Source of the DNA: Vulcanimicrobiota bacterium
GTDB taxonomy: Bacteria; Vulcanimicrobiota; SpSt-956; JAKJGF01
NCBI GenBank assembly: GCA_040217695.1
Contig: JBEHWO010000021.1
Span: forward strand, 1 to 38,110
Direction: 5' to 3'
Length of the DNA stretch: 38,110 bases
The notes beneath the pieces are model-generated. The model worked only from the letters and a program-made list of their open reading frames with translations. It did not search any database and was not told the origin of the DNA. Position 1 is the stretch's first letter; the number at the start of each line of letters is the position of its first letter. Both the position numbers and the translations under genes were made by a program. Shown in pieces: positions 26,722 through 34,503 of this stretch.

Positions 26722-27363
26722 TTATAATGTTACGCTATTTGCTTCATTTCTTGCTACATAATAATGGACAGGAACGCTATTGTTAAAAGAATTACTTTCT
26801 CTCATTACTTTATTTGTTTTACCTATATTATTTATCATAGGATTCTCAGATGGTTCATAACCGGGACGAACTGTTGCCACATGGCCGTGTCCTTTTTTAT
26901 TTGCCTGTGTACCCACTACAGGGAGTCCATTATTTGCATATTCCTGGGCTTTTTTCGGATCTACTTCACTCCAGTAGCCATTTTCTTCTTTTGCAGAAGC
27001 TGCCAGATTTTTTGCTATAACATTTGCCGTAAGGGCACACCCGCTTTTATGGGCAACCCCTGCTTCTTCTACAGGAACTCCCAGTTGTTTTAACGTACTA
27101 TTTAATCCTTCGTTACAGAAGGTTTTTCCGTCACGTGGTTTGAAGCGTTTGTTTTTTATCGCTTTATCCTGTGCAGTTGTGAGCGATTCTAATCTTGCTT
27201 TTTTCAAATCTTCTTTAGATAAAGTGCTGTCTCCAGGTGCTGTTGTCTCCTGGCCGGCAGGGGGAGTAATAGCCTTAAAAGGAACTTTAGGCTGTGTGAT
27301 CTGCGTATTTATGATGTTATTATATGGAAGATTATAAGGAAAAGATGTCTTTAAACTATCCAT
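26722..27363 (-). CDS. Hypothetical protein with putative papain-fold Cys/His hydrolase domain (NlpC/P60-CHAP-Tae4-like), no signal peptide
   Basis: 213 aa. The N-terminal 90 aa are low-complexity and Pro/Thr/Gln-rich. A candidate catalytic Cys lies in KTFCNEGLNSTLKQLGV. A candidate catalytic His lies in a GHGHVATVRPG motif, similar to the GHV(A/G)xV motif of NlpC/P60 and CHAP amidases. This is motif-level only. Confidence 0.3.
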   Translation of the reverse strand: MDSLKTSFPYNLPYNNIINTQITQPKVPFKAITPPAGQETTAPGDSTLSKEDLKKARLESLTTAQDKAIKNKRFKPRDGKTFCNEGLNSTLKQLGVPVEEAGVAHKSGCALTANVIAKNLAASAKEENGYWSEVDPKKAQEYANNGLPVVGTQANKKGHGHVATVRPGYEPSENPMINNIGKTNKVMRESNSFNNSVPVHYYVARNEANSVTL

Positions 27364-27483
27364 TTATTTAAGCCTTCTTTCATTCTGAATATATGTTTAT
27401 ATTTACAAATATTATATATTTTTAAATTATTAATGTCAATTATTTGATAACTTAAGAAATATGACGTATAATATATTATAGTC

Positions 27484-27608
27484 GTAACGCGTTACGGGTT
27501 TAATCCCTGCGCATCACGCATTACGCATTACGCATTACGCATTACGACGTTATTATGTTTATATATAAAATAAACCATCGCGTCACGCGTCACGCGTCAC
27601 GCGTCACG
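27484..27608. repeat. Cluster of heptamer arrays: CGTAACG/CGTTACG, (CATTACG)4, (CGTCACG)4
   Basis: The sequences are gtaacgcgttacgg ... gcatcacgcattacgcattacgcattacgcattacg ... cgcgtcacgcgtcacgcgtcacgcgtcacg. The last array ends 7 nt before the histidine kinase ATG, leaving no room for a Shine-Dalgarno sequence. Confidence 0.85.
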
Positions 27609-27615
27609 AATTACT

Positions 27616-29343
27616 ATGAATATACGTAAAAAAACACTTATCGTTATAATAATTACATTTATATTTTTAATTATATTGCTTTATATAATTTCAAGAGTAA
27701 TACTTCTGGGAGGCTTTATTGATTTAGAGAAAAAAACCGTTACAAGGAATGTAGAAAGAGCTGTAAATGCATTGCAGGATGAATATATCTCTCTGGCAGC
27801 CATTACAGGAGACTGGGCTCCCTGGGATGAGACCTATAAATTTATTGAAGATTTAAATAAATCCTATATAAATGATAATCTCAACAGGGCAACTCTTGTG
27901 AATTTAAGGGTTAATCTTATATTTTTTATTAATTCTTCAGGGGAAATGGTTTTTTCTAAAGGAGTTGATCTTGTATCAGGTAAAGAGATACATGCCGGAA
28001 GTCTGAATGGTTTTTTAAGTGACACTTCGCCGCTTTTAAACCACCAGAGCACGACCAGCAGTGTTGTAGGTATTATTATGTTTCAGGGAAGGCCTATGAT
28101 TGTTTCCTCCCGTCCTATTCTTACGAATGAATGGAAAGGCCCTTCGAGAGGTACACTGATTATGGGGAGATTTATCGATGATGCAGAGGTTAACAGGCTC
28201 AGAGATATTACATCTCTTTCGATTAATATCTATAAACTGTCTGCACTGGATCTGCCTTATGATGTCCGGCAGGTAAAGGATCATTTCTTGAAAGAAACAG
28301 GTATTTTTGTGAGACCTCTTAACAGAGATTATACGGCAGGTTACATTATGTTAAAAGATATTTACGGACAACCTGTCCTTATATTAAAGGTAGATATGGT
28401 AAGAGAGATTTACCTTCAGGGAAAGAGGAGTCTCTACTATTTTATACTGTCCTTTCTCGTAGTTGCAATTGTACTTGGCATGGTAAATATGTTACTCCTG
28501 GATATGACAGTTCTTTCCCGTCTTTATCTTTTGAGTAACAGTGTTGACAATATAGGTCTTATAAAGGATCTTTCCCTGAAGAAATTACTCCCCGGAGAGG
28601 ACGAAATTGCTTCTCTTGCCTGTACCATTGACAGCATGCTTGAAAGACTGGATGCGTCAAGTGAACAGATAAGACATGCAGACAGACTGGCCACTATAGG
28701 AAAATTTGCTTCAGGCATAGCCCATGAATTAAATGAACCGCTGGGAAATATACTTGGTTTTGCACAGCTTGCAAAACAGTATCCGTCTCTCCCGGAACAG
28801 ACTGTAGCAGATCTTGAAAAAATAGAAAAATCTTCTCTTTATGCAAGAGAGATAGTAAAAAAACTGCTCCTCTTCGCCAGACAGGTACCTTCTCATAAGG
28901 TTACTCTGAATATTAATGAGATAATTAAAGACAGCCTTTATTTTTTTGAAGGAAAATGCGAACAGTCCGGTATAGAAGTGATTATTCAGCTTTCAGAAAC
29001 TCTTCCTCCTGTTACAGCAGATCCTTCTCAGATGACACAGATACTGATTAATCTTGTAACCAATGCCATTCATGCTATGCCAGACGGAGGAATGCTTGAA
29101 ATAAAGACTTATTCATCTGAAGATTCTATCTCTCTTATTGTAGCAGATACAGGAAAAGGCATGAATGATGAGACTAAAAAACATATATTCAATCCTTTCT
29201 TTACTACAAAAGATGTTGATCAGGGAACAGGTCTGGGGCTTGCCGTGGTACATGGTATAGTTTCTTCTCATGGAGGACATATTAAGATTGACAGTAAAGA
29301 GGGTAATGGAGCAAGGTTTGAAATACAGATACCTTTAACGTAA
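27616..29343 (+). CDS. Sensor histidine kinase with periplasmic CHASE(4)-like domain, HAMP, HisKA and HATPase domains
   Basis: 575 aa. TM1 is IVIIITFIFLIILLYII. A periplasmic domain of about 250 aa follows. TM2 is YYFILSFLVVAIVLGMV. The H-box is GIAHELNEP. The G2 box is GTGLGLAVVHGIV. The sensor-domain class is assigned from memory of CHASE4 architecture. Confidence 0.85.
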   Translation: MNIRKKTLIVIIITFIFLIILLYIISRVILLGGFIDLEKKTVTRNVERAVNALQDEYISLAAITGDWAPWDETYKFIEDLNKSYINDNLNRATLVNLRVNLIFFINSSGEMVFSKGVDLVSGKEIHAGSLNGFLSDTSPLLNHQSTTSSVVGIIMFQGRPMIVSSRPILTNEWKGPSRGTLIMGRFIDDAEVNRLRDITSLSINIYKLSALDLPYDVRQVKDHFLKETGIFVRPLNRDYTAGYIMLKDIYGQPVLILKVDMVREIYLQGKRSLYYFILSFLVVAIVLGMVNMLLLDMTVLSRLYLLSNSVDNIGLIKDLSLKKLLPGEDEIASLACTIDSMLERLDASSEQIRHADRLATIGKFASGIAHELNEPLGNILGFAQLAKQYPSLPEQTVADLEKIEKSSLYAREIVKKLLLFARQVPSHKVTLNINEIIKDSLYFFEGKCEQSGIEVIIQLSETLPPVTADPSQMTQILINLVTNAIHAMPDGGMLEIKTYSSEDSISLIVADTGKGMNDETKKHIFNPFFTTKDVDQGTGLGLAVVHGIVSSHGGHIKIDSKEGNGARFEIQIPLT

Positions 29344-29373
29344 CATGTGACGCGTGACGGGAGAATTGTAATG

Positions 29374-29390
29374 TGACGCATAATGCGTCA
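29374..29390. promoter_or_regulatory. Perfect palindrome TGACGCAT-A-ATGCGTCA centred on the annotated response-regulator ATG
   Basis: Seen directly in the sequence: 8-bp arms with a 1-nt centre. Upstream lies GTGACGCGTGACGGGAG, a heptamer repeat boundary. Confidence 0.5.
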
Positions 29391-30759
29391 TAAACACAGG
29401 GAAGGTGTGTATAAAGTGTCTGATAAGGAACGCATATTAATTGTAGATGATTCAATAAATACCCTGGAGGTTCTTCAGAGAAATCTTACTTCTCAGGGAT
29501 ATAAAGTATTCACTGCTTCAGGTGTGGGAGAAGCAATCAAGCTTCTTGAAACATTAACACTTGATCTGGTAATAACGGATCTCCGTATGCCAAAAGTAAG
29601 CGGTATGGATCTGATAAGGCATGTAAGGGAAAATTTTAAAGATACGGAAATTATGATGATTACCGGTTATGCCTCTATTGAAAGTGCTGTCGAAGCGGTA
29701 AAGATTGGTGCAGAGGAATACCTTTCCAAACCCTTTACATCTGAAGAACTTTTTGCGGCAGTAAGACGTACTCTGGACAAACTCATACTCAGGAGAGCCA
29801 GAAATAAATCAACTGATATTGCCCCTGCTCCCTATGGTATAATAGGCCAGTCTGTAGCAATTAAAAAGATTTTTTCCGATATAGAGAAAGCTGCTTCAAC
29901 ATCTGCTACTGTTCTTATCACCGGTGAAAGCGGTACAGGAAAAGAGCTTGTTGCCAGAGCGATACATTATACCGGCCCCCGTGCATCTTCACCCTTTGTC
30001 CCGGTAAATTGCGGCGGCATACCGGAAGGTTTACTGGCAAGCGAGCATTTTGGCCATGTAAAAGGTTCTTTTACCGGTGCTACGGAAACAAGAGCAGGTT
30101 TTTTTCAGACTGCAGACGGAGGAACTATATTCCTTGATGAAATAAGTGATACAGGCCTTTCCATGCAGGCAAAACTGCTCCGTGTTCTTCAGGAAAAAGA
30201 AGTCTGTATGGTAGGTTCCACAAAAACAAGAAAAGTGGATGTAAGGGTTCTTGCTGCGACCAATAAAGATCTCCGGTTACTATCTAACAAAGGTGTCTTC
30301 CGGGAAGATTTATATTTCCGCCTTAATGTTATTACTATCGATCTCCCGCCACTCCGTGAGAGAGGAGAAGATATTGTATTATTAACATATTATTTTGCCG
30401 CAAAATTTGCCGGAGAAGCAGGCAAATCAGTTCCGTCTTTTTCGGATAATGCTCTTCAGGTTATAAAAAACTATCACTGGCCCGGAAATATAAGAGAACT
30501 TGAGAATGTAATCAACCGCCTTGTAGTTATGACAGACGGAAATTTGATCGAAGTTCCTGATTTACCGTCTCTTATGCGCTTCTCTGCCCTCAGAACAGCA
30601 GGCCTTAACAGACCTCTTGCAGAGGTAGAATTAGAATATATATCCAATGTTCTGTCGAGTGTGGGAGGAAATAAAACACAGGCGTCGGAAATACTGGGAA
30701 TTGACAGGAAGACACTCAGAGAAAAATTGAAAAAATTTAAGCTCGATGATGAATCGTGA
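29383..30759 (+). CDS. Sigma-54-dependent response regulator (NtrC/PilR family: REC + AAA+ sigma-54 activator + Fis-type HTH)
   Basis: 458 aa. The REC domain carries ILIVDDS...DLVITDLRMP. The Walker A is GESGTGKELVARAIH. The GAFTGA-equivalent is GSFTGA. The C-terminal HTH is KTQASEILGIDRKTLREKL. An alternative start is the in-frame GTG at 29416, 11 nt after a GGGAAGG RBS. The annotated ATG lies inside the palindrome at 29374-29390. Confidence 0.9.
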   Translation: MRHKHREGVYKVSDKERILIVDDSINTLEVLQRNLTSQGYKVFTASGVGEAIKLLETLTLDLVITDLRMPKVSGMDLIRHVRENFKDTEIMMITGYASIESAVEAVKIGAEEYLSKPFTSEELFAAVRRTLDKLILRRARNKSTDIAPAPYGIIGQSVAIKKIFSDIEKAASTSATVLITGESGTGKELVARAIHYTGPRASSPFVPVNCGGIPEGLLASEHFGHVKGSFTGATETRAGFFQTADGGTIFLDEISDTGLSMQAKLLRVLQEKEVCMVGSTKTRKVDVRVLAATNKDLRLLSNKGVFREDLYFRLNVITIDLPPLRERGEDIVLLTYYFAAKFAGEAGKSVPSFSDNALQVIKNYHWPGNIRELENVINRLVVMTDGNLIEVPDLPSLMRFSALRTAGLNRPLAEVELEYISNVLSSVGGNKTQASEILGIDRKTLREKLKKFKLDDES

Positions 30760-30840
30760 GTAGTGAGTCGTGAAGGGTGAATTTTACGCGTCACCCGTCA
30801 CGCGTTACGCGTCACGATTATAACGCATCACGTCTCACGG
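30760..30840. repeat. Heptamer arrays (GTGAGTA/GTGAGTC, CGTCACG/CGTTACG/CATCACG)
   Basis: The sequence is tgagtagtgagtcgtgaagggtgaattttacgcgtcacccgtcacgcgttacgcgtcacgattataacgcatcacgtctcacgg. Confidence 0.8.
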
Positions 30841-31000
30841 ACCATGCAAAAAATCGGGTAATTTTTCCCCACCGAGGTATATTTCCCCGAAAAAAACAGT
30901 CTTTTTTATGTGGATTTTCCTTCTTTAAAATTTTTTATTTTTTATTCAATTCCTTATTCCATAAAGAAAAAATCACGCCTCTATATCTTTAAAATTCCTG

Positions 31001-31017
31001 TTGGTACAGAACCTGCT
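31001..31017 (+). promoter_or_regulatory. Candidate sigma-54 (-24/-12) promoter: TTGGTACagaacCTGCTA
   Basis: It matches TGGCACG-N4-TTGCW at 10 of 12 specified positions. The invariant GG and GC are at the correct 10-bp offset. The predicted transcription start near 31028 lies 60 nt upstream of the small Cys-rich ORF and the kinase and pilin genes. The site is immediately downstream of an NtrC-type activator gene. Confidence 0.45.
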
Positions 31018-31087
31018 ATTATAGTAATTGAAACACTGAATGTATAATCTTCAAAGGTATAATCTTTCCGGTAAAAGGAGAAATTCG

Positions 31088-31312
31088 ATGTTAAAAAGCA
31101 GAGATTACAGTTATGATAATAAATGTCTCTATCTTACTTCATGTGATCTCTGTAACCCCGGAATAACAGAGGAGAATAATCTTATTGTTCACAATAATGT
31201 AAGAGATTATACTGAAGGCCTGTGTGCTCATTGCGTAAAAACTGGTACATGTGCAATTGCCAGAGCAGAAGGCGGTATCTGGCGTTGCAGTGATTATATA
31301 GAAAATGAATAA
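31088..31312 (+). CDS. Small Cys-rich protein (74 aa), putative zinc-ribbon-like, unknown function
   Basis: The track ORF starts at 31040. The preferred start is ATG 31088 (MLKSRDYSYDNKCLY...), with an AAAGGAG RBS 7 nt upstream. It has seven Cys with mirror-symmetric spacing: C-x5-C-x2-C, then 23 residues, then C-x2-C-x5-C, plus a C-terminal Cys. Confidence 0.45.
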   Translation: MLKSRDYSYDNKCLYLTSCDLCNPGITEENNLIVHNNVRDYTEGLCAHCVKTGTCAIARAEGGIWRCSDYIENE

Positions 31313-31353
31313 TTTAAAGTTTAACCGAAAAGGATGTGGGAAAGGTGAAAGTT

Positions 31354-33327
31354 ATGAGAGAAACAGCCCGATTATCTAAAGATACTGTTCTTGGTGATAA
31401 ATATAAAATTGTTCAGGTTTTATCAGGTGAAGGTGAAGAAAATGATCTTACATATATAGCCTTTGATATTTATAACCCTGAAAAAAATGTGTTAATAAGG
31501 GAACTTGTATTTTCTATATCCGATGATAAATTCAGGAAAGAAGTTATAGATTCTCTTGAAGAAAGAATTAAACATATTATTAATATAAGTCATGAAAACC
31601 TGAGCCCTGTATTTGATATTTTTACGGAAGATGAAAAGGAATTCCTGAAATACAGGGTTTATATTGTTACTGAGGCGGAAAACGCAGGCAGACTAAACCT
31701 GGTTCAGGCTATAAAAGAATATAATAATGAAGAAATACCCTTTGATAAAATTAAAGAGTGGGGAGAACAGATATGTGATGCCCTTTCTGCCCTTCATAAT
31801 TCTGCCGGAGGGCCAATCATATTTTATGATCTCAGACCTGAAAATATACTTTTGACAGGTGAAGGCAAAATAAAGCTGACAGATTACGGACTTTCAAGAA
31901 TGTTAGATAAAGGATTCTCTCATAATAAATATATGGGAACCCCCGGATATTCGGCACCTGAACAGTATGGTTTAAAGCCTGTTGATACCAGAGCTGATAT
32001 CTTCGGTGTGGGAGCTTTATTATATTATATGCTGACAAAGGAAGATCCGAGAAATAATCCCCTGAATTTTTCTCCCCTGAGAGGTAAGAAAGAACTGGGC
32101 GAGATTGCTACAAAGTGTATAGATTTCAATCTGGATAAAAGGATACAGAAAATTGATGAAGTCAGGGCATTACTCGGAAATATTTCTCCTGACATATCTC
32201 AGGCACGATCTGTGACTATAAAAATGAAGCAGAAGATTGAAACGGGAAAAACTCTGGATGCCAGGCCCCAATCTTTCATAGGAGAAATCTGCAATTCTAT
32301 ATCCTGGAATTTGAAAAAATTCTGGTATGCCCATATGAATCAGTTAATAGCCATAGGTGCAATATGTTTATTATGCCTGGCAGGTGTTGCCATAATGTTT
32401 GCCACTTCAAGGGGAGGAGGCATGGAGAGGGTTATAGTTATAGGAGGAAATGGCCCTGAAATAGTCTCAATGGATATAAAGAAACCTGAAAACCTGGAGC
32501 TTTTTAAAACAAAAAATAAACTCGTTGGTGAAGCGGTGCTGAGCAGGAACGGCAAATATATTTATGCAGCTTCAAGCCCTGACCTTCTGGGATGTTTTGA
32601 TCTGGAAAAAAATCAGATGGCAACACATATAAAAGTAGGCACTGAACCCAGAGGTATGTGTTTTTCTCCTGTTCAGAATTATCTTGCCGTGACAGGGAGT
32701 GCTTCAGACTGTGTAACTCTTGTAGACACAGATTATAATAATCCTGTTGCTACATTGAAAAGTAACGGTAAAGGGCCTGTAGCAGTATGTTTCTCTTCTA
32801 CAGGACAGGAGCTTTTTGTTGTGAATAAAACCTCTGCAACTGTAGATTCTATGGAAATTACAGGTAATTTAACAGGTTCAATAAAAATTAATGGTTCTCC
32901 TGTAGATATTATTAATCCCGATTATAATAATAAATTGTACCTATCGGTATGGGATAAGAATCAAATTCTTGTTATAGATGGAGATAAAAGACAGATTATT
33001 TCAGAAATAAAAACCAGCGATGGCCCCGGAAAAATAGCTTTTTCCAGAGACAGGAAAATGATTGCCGTAGCATGCGGAAAATCTCAGGAAGTTATTCTTG
33101 TATCAATTGTGGATGACAGGGTTATAGATAAAATTAAATTTCAAAATATACCATGCAGTCTTACTTTTTCTAAAGACGGAAAACAGCTTTATACCGGAAC
33201 AACTACCTTCGATCATGCTTTAAATTATATTTATGTATGGGACCTTGATAACAGGACTAGCAGGAAGGTTGCAAGCCCTGCTATTACTGCTACAAATCTT
33301 ATATTTGTTGCTTCTGATGTGAAATAA
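31354..33327 (+). CDS. Membrane-anchored Hanks-type Ser/Thr protein kinase homolog (atypical catalytic motifs) fused to extracytoplasmic YVTN-type beta-propeller
   Basis: The track start is GTG 31336. The preferred start is ATG 31354, with a GGAAAGGTG RBS 6 nt upstream. The kinase subdomains present are YDLRPENILL (HRDLKPEN position reads FYD-LRPEN), DYG in place of DFG, and GTPGYSAPEQ (APE). The Gly-rich loop is degenerate (LSGEGEEN). No clear VAIK lysine is present. A TM helix is LIAIGAICLLCLAGVAIMFATS. Repeated C-terminal beta-propeller blades carry YVTN-like motifs (YIYAASS, YLAVTGS, LFVVNK, LYLSVWD, MIAVACG). Confidence 0.75.
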   Translation: MRETARLSKDTVLGDKYKIVQVLSGEGEENDLTYIAFDIYNPEKNVLIRELVFSISDDKFRKEVIDSLEERIKHIINISHENLSPVFDIFTEDEKEFLKYRVYIVTEAENAGRLNLVQAIKEYNNEEIPFDKIKEWGEQICDALSALHNSAGGPIIFYDLRPENILLTGEGKIKLTDYGLSRMLDKGFSHNKYMGTPGYSAPEQYGLKPVDTRADIFGVGALLYYMLTKEDPRNNPLNFSPLRGKKELGEIATKCIDFNLDKRIQKIDEVRALLGNISPDISQARSVTIKMKQKIETGKTLDARPQSFIGEICNSISWNLKKFWYAHMNQLIAIGAICLLCLAGVAIMFATSRGGGMERVIVIGGNGPEIVSMDIKKPENLELFKTKNKLVGEAVLSRNGKYIYAASSPDLLGCFDLEKNQMATHIKVGTEPRGMCFSPVQNYLAVTGSASDCVTLVDTDYNNPVATLKSNGKGPVAVCFSSTGQELFVVNKTSATVDSMEITGNLTGSIKINGSPVDIINPDYNNKLYLSVWDKNQILVIDGDKRQIISEIKTSDGPGKIAFSRDRKMIAVACGKSQEVILVSIVDDRVIDKIKFQNIPCSLTFSKDGKQLYTGTTTFDHALNYIYVWDLDNRTSRKVASPAITATNLIFVASDVK

Positions 33328-33349
33328 TTATACAAAGGGGGGGATATAT

Positions 33350-33787
33350 ATGGCTAAAGAGAAAGGTATCACTTTGATGGATGCCATGATTTCCGTTACA
33401 GTTCTTGCTATTGGATTTTTAATGATTTTAACGGTTATTCCCGGCACAGGAATCTTTATAAAAAATTCTGAAAATAAACTTGTTGCAAAACAGCTTGCTC
33501 AGACTTATCTGGAATTATATTCCAGTCCCCAGCACTGGTCAGAGATAAATACGTCAGGATTTAATATTACAAGAACTGAAACCGTCACTACCACTATAAA
33601 CGGAAGAATTACTTCTATGAACTATACAGTATATGTAACATCTTATCCGTATGCAGGTGCTACTGGTGAACTTTACAATCTGAATGCCAGAGTTACATGG
33701 CAGGAACAGAATCTGGGTAAATCCCTTACTGCAGCAGGTAAGATTAAACAGATAGAACTCGTTACGATTGTTATAAATCCCAATTAG
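33350..33787 (+). CDS. Type IV pilin-like / pseudopilin (minor pilin) protein
   Basis: 145 aa. The N-terminus MAKEKG|ITLMDAMISVTVLAIGFLMIL is a class III (prepilin) signal with Gly at -1 and an acidic Asp at +5, followed by a hydrophobic helix. An AAAGGGGGGGA RBS lies upstream. Confidence 0.6.
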   Translation: MAKEKGITLMDAMISVTVLAIGFLMILTVIPGTGIFIKNSENKLVAKQLAQTYLELYSSPQHWSEINTSGFNITRTETVTTTINGRITSMNYTVYVTSYPYAGATGELYNLNARVTWQEQNLGKSLTAAGKIKQIELVTIVINPN

Positions 33788-33801
33788 AAAAGAGGTGTGT
33801 T

Positions 33802-34476
33802 ATGTTTAATAAATTTAAAGGTGTTACAATAACTGAACTTCTTGTTACCATTGCTGTTATGGGTCTTATGTTCAGTATGATACTTGCCATCATGGTTCTT
33901 CTTAAAAGAAGTTATAGTGAAGAAGACAGCCGTTCTGCCATGCAGCAGAATGCTGCAGTGGCTCTGGCAAAACTTACGAGAGAACTTATGGAATCTTCTT
34001 ATAAGACTACAACCATATATAATCCTTCAAGTTCCAGTCCTCCTACAGGCATAATATTTGCTTCTGCCAGGCAGATTTCTAATTATAATAAATTTGATCT
34101 CGACCCGAATAATTCTCTATGTGTATGGCATAAATATGTATGTTATTATATAGATACAGACCCCGAACGGGCGTCACAGAAAGCTCTTTTCAGAAGAGAA
34201 ACCTATATAAATGAACCTTCCGGAACTACAACAAAAGGTGCCTCCAGTTTAAGTACTAGTAACTTTGTGACCGGCGGTACGGGATATTCACCGGCAATAG
34301 TTATAGCCCACAGGGTAGAAGATCTGGATTTCCCTGATCTCGGTGTCGGTAATTTCGGGCCTGCACAGATCGGTAATGTTCTGCCTTTGAAAGTATCACT
34401 GAAAATTGCCGAAAAATCAGCCACACAGAATTATAACGCCGTGACTCTTACTTTTACAATGAATATGAATAATTAA
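33802..34476 (+). CDS. Type IV pilin-like / pseudopilin (minor pilin) protein
   Basis: 224 aa. The N-terminus MFNKFKG|VTITELLVTIAVMGLMFSMILAI is a canonical prepilin peptidase site with Glu at +5. An AGAGGTG RBS lies upstream. Confidence 0.7.
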   Translation: MFNKFKGVTITELLVTIAVMGLMFSMILAIMVLLKRSYSEEDSRSAMQQNAAVALAKLTRELMESSYKTTTIYNPSSSSPPTGIIFASARQISNYNKFDLDPNNSLCVWHKYVCYYIDTDPERASQKALFRRETYINEPSGTTTKGASSLSTSNFVTGGTGYSPAIVIAHRVEDLDFPDLGVGNFGPAQIGNVLPLKVSLKIAEKSATQNYNAVTLTFTMNMNN

Positions 34477-34503
34477 GCTTATAAATAAAAAGGAGGGAAA
34501 GAC

